Assembly: GCA_902771735.1 (NCBI GenBank)
Contig: CACXXO010000010.1
Location: forward strand, 4,056-68,055
Reading direction: 5' to 3'
DNA from: an uncultured Bacteroidota bacterium
GTDB lineage: Bacteria; Bacteroidota; Bacteroidia; Bacteroidales; P3
Length of the DNA stretch: 64,000 nucleotides
Positions 46,033 through 55,398 of this stretch are shown here, one piece after another (position 1 is the stretch's first letter; the number at the start of each line of letters is the position of its first letter). The notes below the pieces were generated by a model, which saw only the letters and a program-made list of their open reading frames with translations, searched no databases and was not told the origin of the DNA. The position numbers and the translations under genes were made by a program.

Positions 46033-46473
46033 TTAAAATTTAATTGCCACGCGGGCACTCTTGATATCGCGATAGGCGAAGCGCAGGGTTTCGGGAGCCT
46101 GTTTCTTGGTGCCCGGGGTGCGGATGACGATGCCTTCGTCCGAGGCATCCTCAAGGGTGCCCTCAGCGCGTTCACCGTCAATGGTCACCACCTCCAGGTC
46201 GCGGCCTATGTTTTTGCGATACTGCCGTGTGAGTTTTAGCGGCATATCGGCACCGGCGGAACCTACGTTAAGTTCGAAATCTTCCTCGTCGCGGTCTAGC
46301 TGGCTCTCGATGGCGCGGCTCAACTCGATGCAGTCGTCGATATTGACGCCGTTGTCGCCGTCGATGTCGACAAAAATGCGGTTGTCGGGCGTAATTTTCA
46401 GGTTCACGAGGAACTTATCACTACCCTCCAAAGCATTGTTAACCAGTTCTAATATCTTGATTTTCTCTATCAT
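46033..46473 (-). CDS. rimP: ribosome maturation factor RimP
   Basis: 146 aa, immediately upstream of nusA. Contains ...VDIDGDNGVNIDDCIELSRAIE... Confidence 0.82.
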   Translation of the reverse strand: MIEKIKILELVNNALEGSDKFLVNLKITPDNRIFVDIDGDNGVNIDDCIELSRAIESQLDRDEEDFELNVGSAGADMPLKLTRQYRKNIGRDLEVVTIDGERAEGTLEDASDEGIVIRTPGTKKQAPETLRFAYRDIKSARVAIKF

Positions 46474-46476
46474 ATC

Positions 46477-46522
46477 AATAAAAAGAGAGGTTCTCGACCT
46501 CTCTCATTCCGCTGCAAAGATA
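46477..46522 (-). promoter_or_regulatory. rimP operon promoter (-7 TATCTTTG) plus leader stem-loop with U tract
   Basis: Minus-strand TATCTTTG at 46522-46515. The RNA hairpin GAGAGGU-CGAGA-ACCUCUC (46503-46485) is followed by UUUUUAUU, and the ATG is at 46473. Confidence 0.55.
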
Positions 46523-46566
46523 CGAACTTTTTCGGAATTGGCAAAAATAATTTTATTTTTATTTTA

Positions 46567-46598
46567 TTTGGAGTATTCAATATAATGTTGTATATTTG
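46567..46598 (+). promoter_or_regulatory. Bacteroidetes promoter -33 TTTG / -7 TATATTTG for ptb
   Basis: TTTG at 46567-46570 and TATATTTG at 46591-46598, spacing 20 nt, 47 nt upstream of the ATG at 46645. Confidence 0.5.
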
Positions 46599-46644
46599 CA
46601 GTTTCAAATATTGATTTATTAATTATTAAAAAATTAACAATAAG

Positions 46645-47553
46645 ATGATTACAAAACTTGACGACCTGCTGGAGCTGGTCAAATCGAAAGGTAAAAAGAG
46701 ATTGGCTGTTGCCTATGCTAACGATTCCCACACCATTGGTGCTGTGAGCGCTGCTATCGACCGCGGTATTGTCGAGGCTACCCTCGTGGGTGACATCGAG
46801 ACCATGAAAAAAGTCTGCGCCGAAGAAGGTATCGACCCCAACAAGTTCGAAATGATTCAGGAGGCTAACGACAACAAGGCTGGTGCCAAAGCCGTGGCCC
46901 TGATTAACGAAGGTAAAGCTGACTTCCTGATGAAAGGCCTGCTCTCGACCGACAAGTATATGCGTGCCATCCTCAACAAGGAGTGCGGCCTCATGCCCGG
47001 CAAGAAGAACGACATGCTGACCCACATGGCTGTCATGGAGGTGCCCGCCTACCACAAGCTTCTCATCTGCAGTGATATGGCTATTATCCCCGCTCCCGAC
47101 TTTAAGCAGAAGACCGCTATCATGAACTTCGAGATCAGCGTGGCCAAGAGCCTTGAGAACCCGAAACCCAAAGTGGCTGTTCTCGCCGCCACCGAGCAGG
47201 TCTCCATCGGAATGCCCGCTTGCGCCGAAGCCGCATGGCTTGGTATGCAGAGCCAGCGTGGCCAGATCCCCGGTGCCATCGTCGACGGTCCTCTGAGCCT
47301 CGACTGCGCCATCGACAAGGAGAGCGCCCAGACCAAGAAGCTCACCAGCGAGGTCGCCGGTGACGCCGACTGCCTGCTGTTCCCCAACATCGAGTCTGGC
47401 AACATCTTCTACAAGGCTTGCACCAAGTTCGCCCACGCTGAGCTGGCTTGCATGGTCATGGGTGCCCGCGTTCCCTGCGTCCTTACCAGCCGTGGCGACA
47501 GCATGAACACCAAGCTCTACAGCATCGCTCTCGCTGCCCTGCAGTGCAAATAA
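46645..47553 (+). CDS. ptb: phosphate butyryltransferase / phosphate acyltransferase
   Basis: 302 aa. ...RLAVAYANDSHTIGAVSAAIDRGIVEATLVGD...FLMKGLLSTDKYMRAIL...DGPLSLDCAID... Confidence 0.82.
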   Translation: MITKLDDLLELVKSKGKKRLAVAYANDSHTIGAVSAAIDRGIVEATLVGDIETMKKVCAEEGIDPNKFEMIQEANDNKAGAKAVALINEGKADFLMKGLLSTDKYMRAILNKECGLMPGKKNDMLTHMAVMEVPAYHKLLICSDMAIIPAPDFKQKTAIMNFEISVAKSLENPKPKVAVLAATEQVSIGMPACAEAAWLGMQSQRGQIPGAIVDGPLSLDCAIDKESAQTKKLTSEVAGDADCLLFPNIESGNIFYKACTKFAHAELACMVMGARVPCVLTSRGDSMNTKLYSIALAALQCK

Positions 47554-47568
47554 TTTAAGTTGAAAACA

Positions 47569-47627
47569 GAAAGTGGAAAGTGGAAAGTCATGCTGTCGTG
47601 TCAGCAAGTTTTCCACTTTCCACTTTC
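47569..47627 (+). other. 19-bp stem hairpin whose arms are tandem heptamers
   Basis: gaaagtggaaagtggaaag (47569-47587), a 21-nt loop, then ttttccactttccactttc (47609-47627). It lies between the ptb stop and the next ATG. Confidence 0.8.
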
Positions 47628-47645
47628 ATCTTTCCTCCCCGAACA

Positions 47646-48005
47646 ATGGACCAATATTTTGAAGGACTGGACAATATCGCCATCACGGTGTGCGACCCCG
47701 AGGGTAACATCCTCGACATGAACCAGCATAGTGCCGACGTCAACAGCCATGGCAAGAAAATCGTCGGTTACAATCTTATGAACTGCCACCCCGAACCAGC
47801 TAAAACCAAGCTCAAGGGTCTCTTGGAACACCAGCAACTCAACGCCTACACCATTGAAAAGACGATGGCCGACGGCTCGAAGGTGAAGAAACTCATCTAT
47901 CAGACTCCCTGGTACAAGGAAGATGGCTCCTTTGGCGGCCTTATCGAGTATTCGATAGAAATCCCCTTCGAGATGCCGCACTTTGTCCGTCAACCGAAAC
48001 AATAA
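47646..48005 (+). CDS. small PAS-like domain protein
   Basis: 119 aa. ...AITVCDPEGNILDMNQHSADVNSHGKKIVGYNLMNCHPEPAKTKLKGLL... has a PAS-fold-like pattern. The assignment is tentative. Confidence 0.4.
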   Translation: MDQYFEGLDNIAITVCDPEGNILDMNQHSADVNSHGKKIVGYNLMNCHPEPAKTKLKGLLEHQQLNAYTIEKTMADGSKVKKLIYQTPWYKEDGSFGGLIEYSIEIPFEMPHFVRQPKQ

Positions 48006-48013
48006 ATTTAGTG

Positions 48014-48055
48014 AACGGCGAATTTGATGAATTGATTTTTGTTGAATTCGCCGTT
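48014..48055. other. 11-bp inverted repeat hairpin between the PAS-like gene and the TonB-dependent receptor
   Basis: aacggcgaatt (48014-48024), a 20-nt loop, then aattcgccgtt (48045-48055). An A run, not a T run, follows on the plus strand. Confidence 0.5.
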
Positions 48056-48066
48056 AAAAAAACATT

Positions 48067-50592
48067 ATGAAACGACTGATTGTATTGATGCTGCTGTTTC
48101 TACCCGCGATGGTGGTGGCTCAGCAGGGGACTGTGAAGGGACGTGTGGTTGATGCACGCACTGGAGAGAACATTGAATATGCCACCGTGGCGTTGCTCAA
48201 GGTCTCGGATTCGACATTGGTGAACGGCACGGTGAGCGAAAGCAACGGCAGCTTCGTGCTGACGGCCCCCTATGGGCGCTATGTCTTGCGCATCACCTTC
48301 ATCGGCTACGACACCTGGTACTACAAAGACCCCGTGACCCTTGGCGACAAGCATCGCGAAGTGAAGGTGGGAAAGGTGCAGCTCAAAATGACTGGCACCA
48401 TGATGGAAGCTGTGGAAGTGACGGCCGAGCGCTCGATGGTGGAATACCAACTGGACAAGCGCGTGGTGAATGTGGACAAGAACATCGTGGCCGGTGGCGG
48501 CACTGCTACCGACGTGCTCGAACAGGTGCCCAGTGTGGCCGTGGACAATGACGGCAATGTTACATTGCGCGGTTCTTCCAATGTGAAGGTGCTCGTCAAC
48601 GGTCGCCCTTCCGAATTGCTCTCTTCCGATTTGGCGTCGCTCCTCGAGCAAATTCCTGCCTCGACGGTGGAGAACGTCGAGGTCATCACCAACCCCTCGG
48701 CTAAGTACGACCCCGAGGGTATGAGCGGCATTATCAATATCAAGCTCAAGGACAAAACCGCTGGTGCGCTGGGTTTGAACGGTGTGGTGAATGTCAACGT
48801 CGGAGCACCGCTGCCCTTCATGGTGCCCGACTCGCTGCCGCGCTTCATCCCCACGGCCATGAGCAACATCAGCCTCAACTACACCACCGAGAAGTACAAC
48901 CTCTTCTTCAATGTCGACGGCGGCCTGCGTCAGCGCGGCAACCATTCCAACTCCGACATCGAGTATATCAACCTCGACGGCACCACGCGCTCCCACTATG
49001 ACATCGATCAGTATAGCCTCAACCCCAACTATATGGGCAGTTTCAAGATTGGCGGCGAGTACTATTTCGACGATCACAACAGCCTGTTACTTTCCTATCA
49101 GCTGCGCGGCGGCAATCGTCAGCGTCACAGCGATATCTACGCCCGCGACGTCTACTTCCCCAACGACTCGCTGCACTACGATCAGACCACCGGCAGCGAC
49201 AATGTCAACATGAACCACTCGTTCAACCTCCTTTATACGAAGAAGTTCGACCGAAAGGACGAGGAATTGACCTTCGATGCCACCTTCAGCACCCGCAAGG
49301 TGACGGGCGAGGGCGACCAGGAACAGAAATACCTCGATGCTGCCGTCCACGCCGACCACTATTATCTCCGCGAAAGCGAGACAGAGAATCACCACCAGGC
49401 ACTGAACCTCAAAATGAATTGGCTGCGTCCGTTCGACAACGGCTGGCGTCTGGAGACGGGCTATGAAGGCCGCATGGACTGGCCTAACCAAAAGGCCGAC
49501 TATTACCGCACCACCACGACAACCACGCATGTCTACGACGCCACCTCGTCGACCCATTTCGACTACAATCAGCAGGTGCATGGCATTTATGGCACCCTGG
49601 GAGGCAACCTCACGGAGAATCTCTCGATGCAGGCAGGCTTGCGAGGCGAGTACTCTTCCATCTATGGTAAGGACCTAAACCATCCTGCCACAGAAGCCAT
49701 CGACAAGACCTATTGGCAGCTTTATCCCACGCTGCATCTATCTTATAAATTCAGCGACATGCAGAGTATGCAGGTAAGTTATAGCCGACGAGTGCACCGT
49801 CCCCACTTCTGGGACCTCAACCCCTACATGGATGTCCGCGAGGGTGACCAGATCAGTTTTGGCAACCCCAACCTCGATCCCGAATACACCAACGCTTTCG
49901 AGCTCTCCTACAACCTTGGCATCGACAGAGTCAATATTTTCACCTCGCTCTACTATCGCCAGACCGACAACATGATTACCCGCTATGGATTCATGTGGAA
50001 TGCAGACAGCGCAGCGCGCTACGCCTGGTGGGAGCCATACAACAGCCAATACGATGGCTTCCGAGCCTCTACCGCCTTCAACCTCAGCACCGGCTATAAC
50101 TATGGCATGGAGTTTATCGTCGACTATCAGATTTTCCAATGGTGGAAGATTAATGTCAGCGTGAATCTCTATCAGAACCATATCGAGGGTACTGAGTTGC
50201 TCAACAACAAGGACAAATCGTCGTTCCAAGCCAGTGGCAAGTTCAGTTCCTACATGAATCTTCCCAACGATTGGACTATCCAACTCAGTGGACAGTATTG
50301 GGCGCCGTGGCTCGACTTGCAGACCGAGATGGACGCCAACTACTGGGTCGACCTCGCAGTGAAAAAAGACATCTTCAATAGGCGTGGCACTGTCAACCTG
50401 CGTATCTCCGACGTTCTCTGTACCGGCGGCTGGGGCCATCGCACCTACGACAACCAGATGAACCGCGTGGTCAAGGCCAAGCGTCTCTCACCCACCATCA
50501 CCCTCGGCTTCAGCTGGAAAATCAACAACGGCCTCAAACAGAAACCCCAGCAACAGGAGGAAGAAGGCAGCGACGAAAGCACAATCTATTGA
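48067..50592 (+). CDS. TonB-dependent receptor / outer-membrane beta-barrel protein with CarboxypepD_reg-like N-domain
   Basis: Signal peptide present. GTVKGRVVDARTGENIEYATVAL, then a plug region (VEVITNPSAKYDPEG) and a long beta-barrel-like alternating sequence. Confidence 0.82.
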   Translation: MKRLIVLMLLFLPAMVVAQQGTVKGRVVDARTGENIEYATVALLKVSDSTLVNGTVSESNGSFVLTAPYGRYVLRITFIGYDTWYYKDPVTLGDKHREVKVGKVQLKMTGTMMEAVEVTAERSMVEYQLDKRVVNVDKNIVAGGGTATDVLEQVPSVAVDNDGNVTLRGSSNVKVLVNGRPSELLSSDLASLLEQIPASTVENVEVITNPSAKYDPEGMSGIINIKLKDKTAGALGLNGVVNVNVGAPLPFMVPDSLPRFIPTAMSNISLNYTTEKYNLFFNVDGGLRQRGNHSNSDIEYINLDGTTRSHYDIDQYSLNPNYMGSFKIGGEYYFDDHNSLLLSYQLRGGNRQRHSDIYARDVYFPNDSLHYDQTTGSDNVNMNHSFNLLYTKKFDRKDEELTFDATFSTRKVTGEGDQEQKYLDAAVHADHYYLRESETENHHQALNLKMNWLRPFDNGWRLETGYEGRMDWPNQKADYYRTTTTTTHVYDATSSTHFDYNQQVHGIYGTLGGNLTENLSMQAGLRGEYSSIYGKDLNHPATEAIDKTYWQLYPTLHLSYKFSDMQSMQVSYSRRVHRPHFWDLNPYMDVREGDQISFGNPNLDPEYTNAFELSYNLGIDRVNIFTSLYYRQTDNMITRYGFMWNADSAARYAWWEPYNSQYDGFRASTAFNLSTGYNYGMEFIVDYQIFQWWKINVSVNLYQNHIEGTELLNNKDKSSFQASGKFSSYMNLPNDWTIQLSGQYWAPWLDLQTEMDANYWVDLAVKKDIFNRRGTVNLRISDVLCTGGWGHRTYDNQMNRVVKAKRLSPTITLGFSWKINNGLKQKPQQQEEEGSDESTIY

Positions 50593-50640
50593 TACTTAAT
50601 TTGCCCACGTCGCGGAAAAGTGGTATTTTTGCAATTGGTT

Positions 50641-51075
50641 ATGGTTGATGGCAAAGATATACTGATACGAGAATATGAGGGCCGTAAGGAGGTTTTTTGT
50701 TCTGTGAGGCGACGGTGGGTGGCGCTGACGCCGGAGGAGTGGGTGCGCCAGTGTACGCTAAAACGGCTACACCTCGAGGGCGGCTATCCGCTCGAGGTGA
50801 TGCAGGTGGAGGGCGCCATCACGCTCAACGGCATGACACGCCGCTGCGACATCGTGGTCTATCAGGATGGTCGGCCGTGGATGATAGTGGAATGCAAAAA
50901 AAGTGAAATCCCGCTCTCACAGAAGGTCTGCGACCAAGCTTGTCGTTACAATACCGTCCTGAGGGTTCCTTATCTTGTTTTAACCAATGGAAAACAGGAG
51001 GTTATCATAGTTGTTGACTTCGAAAAAGGATGTTTGAAACAATTATCGATGCTTCCTTTTTGGGGGAAAAAATAA
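50641..51075 (+). CDS. type I restriction enzyme HsdR N-terminal-like (PD-(D/E)XK fold) stand-alone domain protein
   Basis: ...PEEWVRQ...GYP...RCDIVVY...PWMIVECKKSEIPLSQKVCDQACRYN...PYLVLTNG. Confidence 0.6.
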   Translation: MVDGKDILIREYEGRKEVFCSVRRRWVALTPEEWVRQCTLKRLHLEGGYPLEVMQVEGAITLNGMTRRCDIVVYQDGRPWMIVECKKSEIPLSQKVCDQACRYNTVLRVPYLVLTNGKQEVIIVVDFEKGCLKQLSMLPFWGKK

Positions 51076-51126
51076 AAAAAATGTTAAAAGTGTGAGCCAA
51101 AAAAGGTACTTTTGACTCTATATAAT

Positions 51127-51585
51127 ATGAAAAGGGCGGAAAAGCGACAATTGCTTGTAGACCACTACCTGGACTTCTACAACGTGGCGATGGCCATTCT
51201 TAGGGATGACGACGACGCGCGTGAAGCGGTACAGGAGGCGTTGGTGAAGACCATGACGCAGTTGGGAGTGAAGGATGTCTGCAAATATTGTGCGCGTGTG
51301 GTGAGGAACAATAGTCTGGCAATTCTCAAACGCAGGAGCCGGCAAGTGAGCCTGGACGAGGTGATGCTGGTGACCAACTACGAGCATGAGGACTTGCTTC
51401 GGCTGGTGGCCGAGAAAAAGGCTGAGCTGTCGAATGTGGCGCGTGCCATCGTCGAGATGCACGATGAGGACGGCTACACGTTGAGCGAAGTGGCCGGCAT
51501 GGTACAGATGAGCGTCTCGACGGTGAAACGCATCCTTGCCCAGGCCCATTATGAACTGAGAAAAAAAATAGAAAGCGAGATATGA
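51127..51585 (+). CDS. ECF-like sigma-70 family factor
   Basis: Region 2-like DDAREAVQEALVKT. Region 4 HTH YTLSEVAGMVQMSVSTVKRILAQAHYELRKK. Confidence 0.6.
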   Translation: MKRAEKRQLLVDHYLDFYNVAMAILRDDDDAREAVQEALVKTMTQLGVKDVCKYCARVVRNNSLAILKRRSRQVSLDEVMLVTNYEHEDLLRLVAEKKAELSNVARAIVEMHDEDGYTLSEVAGMVQMSVSTVKRILAQAHYELRKKIESEI

Positions 51586-52046
51586 AACAGAATTCGATAC
51601 AGTACCTGCTGGAGAAATACCGTGAAGGTACGCTGAACGACGAAGAGCGGACCGAGTTGGAACGCTTGACCCACAAAGACGAGGTCGTGGCTGCCGCCAG
51701 CCGAAGGGCCACTGGCATCATCAGGCGTCGTGTGTCGCTGACGATTGCCGCTGTGATGGTGGCCGGAGCTGGTGCTTTCGCCGTGCTCCCTCATTCGCAG
51801 GAACCTCTCATGGCCGAAGCCAAGGTTCTTCCGGCCCCAGTCGTAGAGACACAGTTGGCAGCGTCTCCCCAAGAGGTTGAAGCTGTTGTCGCTCCGACGG
51901 TGGAGACTCATCCTGTTGCGCCTCTAAGAAAACGTGCGAGGACCAAGGCTGCTACCCGGGTGAAATCGGATCCTGTGGTGGTCTGTAACAACCAGTGCGA
52001 GGCCGACTCGGTTATCAGCGACATCCGTAAATTCCTCTCGGTATGA
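51582..52046 (+). CDS. single-pass membrane protein, anti-sigma-like by position
   Basis: Start overlaps the sigma stop (ATGA). Contains LEKYREGTLNDEERTELERL, then an RRR segment and the TM helix LTIAAVMVAGAGAFAVL. Confidence 0.4.
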   Translation: MKQNSIQYLLEKYREGTLNDEERTELERLTHKDEVVAAASRRATGIIRRRVSLTIAAVMVAGAGAFAVLPHSQEPLMAEAKVLPAPVVETQLAASPQEVEAVVAPTVETHPVAPLRKRARTKAATRVKSDPVVVCNNQCEADSVISDIRKFLSV

Positions 52047-52516
52047 AAAAGGTTATGGGCTATTGGCTATGGGTTATGGTGCTGCTCGCTCCGCTCGCAG
52101 TCCATGGCCAGACGGACCTTTACAAGCGTTATGCCTCACAGCCTGGCGTCAAGGTGGCCTCGGTGAGCAATTTTGCCATCGATAGTGCCACGCGTGTCGA
52201 CGTCACCGTCATCGAAGCCGAGGACGACGAAGGGTGGAATTGGATGAAGCGCGAATTCTATATCGGCGACCTCTCGCCCGAGCAGCAGGCTGGCCTCTCC
52301 GAGGGATATGATGCCGTCCTCTTTGCCCGTCGCAGCCGTGCCAACCCGCGCGACAATGCGCCTGTCAAAAACGAAGAGATTGATATCGCTGGCAGCTGTT
52401 ATATCGGCATCTCCTATCTCAACCAAGCCGTTTACATCTTTTGCGCCGACAGCGAGGACGAGTACGACGCTGTGGTCTCACTCTTAGTGAAGAAGATTAT
52501 GCACAACGGTCGGTGA
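52043..52516 (+). CDS. exported DUF protein (DUF4252-like), paralog of 29067-29579
   Basis: Signal peptide present. The conserved block is shared with ORF 29067-29579 (see that entry). ATGA overlaps at both ends. Confidence 0.45.
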   Translation: MKKVMGYWLWVMVLLAPLAVHGQTDLYKRYASQPGVKVASVSNFAIDSATRVDVTVIEAEDDEGWNWMKREFYIGDLSPEQQAGLSEGYDAVLFARRSRANPRDNAPVKNEEIDIAGSCYIGISYLNQAVYIFCADSEDEYDAVVSLLVKKIMHNGR

Positions 52517-54048
52517 TGTCCCGCATGCGCTCATACTGCAGCCTTGTCTTGTGGACATTGCTGACCTTTCCAGATATAATGTATGGACAATCCTATTCCT
52601 GTACAATGGATTTGCCTTATGTGCAGGACTTCGACCATGGCTTCTCCTATTTAAGCCCCCATGCCGGCAGCGCCGTGGACATGACACTGGTGACGGATGA
52701 TAACTGCTGGACCCAGTATATCTACCGTTCCATCTATACCGTATGTTCGATGATTTCGCCGAACCATACCGGCGTCGGCAACCACGCATTATGGATGTTT
52801 GCGAGTCACCCCATGGCCGGCCAGCACGACCGCGTGGAATATACCTACACCGTCTCCCCGCCGTTTCGCGACCTCCCCACAGTCATCGCCTTCGACGTAC
52901 AATATAAATGGTTTGATTCCATGGGCTATTACGGTACCCCGGATGGCTTTCCCTGGCATGCAGGCATCCTTCAGCTGGGCTATGTCACCAACGAATCCGA
53001 CCCCGAGAGCAGTTACTTTCCGATTGATAACATCGTTATCGACACCGCCGCCTGGATCTCCGGCAACACCGCCAACACGGACCGTTGGCAACATTATCGT
53101 CTCGACCTGCGTACCCGCTACTCCACGCTGCCTTCCATTCGATGTCTGGCCTTCAAGCCCTTCTGCAATATGGACTCTATCGGCACGGTGCATATCTGTG
53201 TAGACAACCTCCGTGTGGCCGACGAGATGGATACTGTCGACTATCGCGACACCGTCTGTTCCGGCCAACCCTACATCGGCTATGGCTTCACTGTCGACAG
53301 CGGTGAGACCGCTACTCCCGGCTTGCATGTCTTCTCCCGCGAGAGAATGGAAAGCCACGGCATGGTGCATTACCGGCTGACACTTTGGGTGCCCGAAGTG
53401 AATGTGACTGAGGTGGAGCATACTCTCATACAGGGCGATACGCTGACGTTTCTCGACAGCCTGATTGTCGCCCCCGGCACCTACCGTTTCCACTTGTCAT
53501 CCTCGAGAGGGTGCGACTCGGTGGTGATATTGAATGTGTCGGCCGCCGAGGTTACGCTTTCTGCCTCAACCACCCGCGTTTGCCCCGGCGATGAGGTGAT
53601 TCTTTGTGCTTCGGGTATGCGATATGTCCAATGGGATTCCGAGCCCTATGATCAAATACTCGATACGCTGCAAGGACATTCATGTATCAGCGTATATCCC
53701 AAGGAGCCTATTGTCTACAAGATGCTTGATAATGAAGGGAACGAATTGGCTTCACAAGCCGTCGAGATTGAAAACTGCAGTGACCTATGGTTCCCCAATG
53801 TTTTCACTCCCGATGCAGAGACCAACCGTCTGTTTGGCGCACAGACGATTCTTCCGGTAGAGGAATTTGAGATGACAATCTACACCCGCACGGGTTTGCT
53901 GGTATGGGAAGGTGATGATATTTCTGTACAATGGGATGGCACACGCAACGGTGTCCCTATGCCGCAGGGTGTATACGCTTACCAATGGCAGCTCAAGACC
54001 AAAGGCCTTGTCCACACGGGTATTGGTACTATATTATTGCTGCGTTAG
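52516..54048 (+). CDS. secreted protein with T9SS type B (gliding-motility-associated C-terminal) sorting domain
   Basis: Signal peptide present. The C-terminus LWFPNVFTPDAETNRLFG...FEMTIYTRTGLLVWEG...WDGTRNGVPMPQGVYAYQWQL matches the CHU_C/TIGR04131-type pattern. Confidence 0.62.
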   Translation: MSRMRSYCSLVLWTLLTFPDIMYGQSYSCTMDLPYVQDFDHGFSYLSPHAGSAVDMTLVTDDNCWTQYIYRSIYTVCSMISPNHTGVGNHALWMFASHPMAGQHDRVEYTYTVSPPFRDLPTVIAFDVQYKWFDSMGYYGTPDGFPWHAGILQLGYVTNESDPESSYFPIDNIVIDTAAWISGNTANTDRWQHYRLDLRTRYSTLPSIRCLAFKPFCNMDSIGTVHICVDNLRVADEMDTVDYRDTVCSGQPYIGYGFTVDSGETATPGLHVFSRERMESHGMVHYRLTLWVPEVNVTEVEHTLIQGDTLTFLDSLIVAPGTYRFHLSSSRGCDSVVILNVSAAEVTLSASTTRVCPGDEVILCASGMRYVQWDSEPYDQILDTLQGHSCISVYPKEPIVYKMLDNEGNELASQAVEIENCSDLWFPNVFTPDAETNRLFGAQTILPVEEFEMTIYTRTGLLVWEGDDISVQWDGTRNGVPMPQGVYAYQWQLKTKGLVHTGIGTILLLR

Positions 54049-54770
54049 TTCAGGAAGATTATCTCTTTCATGCCGCATGAGATGCTGCGGCCGTCGTCGG
54101 TGGTGAGGAGGAGCCGGCCGTGGGGGTCGATACCAGTGATGGTGGCGGCGATATCTTCCTTATTATATATGTATCGCGCGCGAACATTCAGATTCAGCAG
54201 GTATGCGAGATACTCCCGTTCGGGGTCGATGCCGGATTTTAAATCGTTGTATCTTTTTTCGATGCAGGCCAGCAGTTGGCGCAGCTGGGGTTCCAGGTCG
54301 TATTTCTGCCCAGTGAGCAGGCTCAGCGAGGTGGGGTGGGGGATCCAATCGGGGAATACCTGCTCGTTGACATTGAGGCCGATGCCGCAGATGGCGGAGG
54401 CAATGACGTTGCCCTGCAGACGGGTGCTGGCCAAGGTGCCGCAAATTTTTTTCCCGTCGACATATATATCGTTAGGCCACTTGATTGAAACTGAACGTTG
54501 AAAGTTGAAAGTTGAAAGAAAATCAACCAGGGCCAGAGAGAGTGCCTGCGTTAGTTTGAACTGTCGTGCGGCGGGGAGGGTGCAGGGGTGAAGCACCAGG
54601 CTGAAGGTGAGGTTCTCTCCGGCGGCGGAGTGCCAGTGATTGCCTCTCTGGCCGATGCCGGAGGTCTGTTCCAGAGCCCAATAGCAAGTGAAGTCCTCCA
54701 CCTGCGCGAGGTCGAGGGCTTCACAATACTTGTTAGTAGACTCTATCGAGTCGAAACGGATAATAGTCAT
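54045..54770 (-). CDS. birA: biotin--[acetyl-CoA-carboxylase] ligase
   Basis: SGIGQRGNHWHS and IKWPNDIYVDGKKICG motifs. 241 aa, with no N-terminal HTH. Confidence 0.82.
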   Translation of the reverse strand: MTIIRFDSIESTNKYCEALDLAQVEDFTCYWALEQTSGIGQRGNHWHSAAGENLTFSLVLHPCTLPAARQFKLTQALSLALVDFLSTFNFQRSVSIKWPNDIYVDGKKICGTLASTRLQGNVIASAICGIGLNVNEQVFPDWIPHPTSLSLLTGQKYDLEPQLRQLLACIEKRYNDLKSGIDPEREYLAYLLNLNVRARYIYNKEDIAATITGIDPHGRLLLTTDDGRSISCGMKEIIFLN

Positions 54771-54816
54771 GCCAGTCGTTATAGTTTAACCAGTTATACA
54801 GGTTCGACCAGCTAAA

Positions 54817-55380
54817 CTAAATGCTCATAATTTCTTTCTCCTTGGCGGCATAGATTTTGTCGCACTCGGCAATGTTCTTGTCGGTGATGTCCTGCAGCTC
54901 TTTTTCCACCTGCTTCACTTCGTCTTCGGGCACCGATTTGTCCTTGAGTTTCTTCACTTCGTCCATCACCTTGCGGCGCACGTTGCGGACGTTGACCTTG
55001 GCATTCTCGATCTCGGTTTTGGCGGCCTTGCAGAGCTCTTTGCGGCGTTCCTCGGTCAGCGGGGGGACGATGATGCGAAGGATGTCGCCCTCATGACGGG
55101 GGGTGAAGCCGAGGTTGGCGTCGAGGATGGCCTTGTTGATGGCGCCTACGAGGGTCTTCTCCCACGGCTGGATGACAATGCTGCGGGCGTCGGGGGTGTT
55201 GATGTTGGCCACCTGGCTGATGTCGGTCATGGTGCCGTAGTAGTCCACCTTCACACCGTCAAGCATGCCGGGGTTGGCTTTGCCGGCGCGGATTTTGGTC
55301 AACTCCTTCTCCAGGAAGTTGATGGAACTCTTCATGCTGTTTTTGGCCTCGTCGAGGCAGGCTTTCGATAAATCGTTCAT
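54817..55380 (-). CDS. frr: ribosome recycling factor
   Basis: 187 aa, with a typical full-length RRF pattern (…RAGKANPGMLDGVKVDYYG…LTEERRKEL…). Confidence 0.93.
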   Translation of the reverse strand: MNDLSKACLDEAKNSMKSSINFLEKELTKIRAGKANPGMLDGVKVDYYGTMTDISQVANINTPDARSIVIQPWEKTLVGAINKAILDANLGFTPRHEGDILRIIVPPLTEERRKELCKAAKTEIENAKVNVRNVRRKVMDEVKKLKDKSVPEDEVKQVEKELQDITDKNIAECDKIYAAKEKEIMSI

Positions 55381-55398
55381 GGTACTATTTTTTTTATG

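Noticed and set aside
50641-51075. The HsdR_N-like gene as evidence of a restriction-modification or defence island.
   Set aside because: It is a stand-alone ~145-aa domain protein with no methylase, specificity or helicase genes nearby. Such orphan HsdR_N proteins are common housekeeping-context genes in Bacteroidota.
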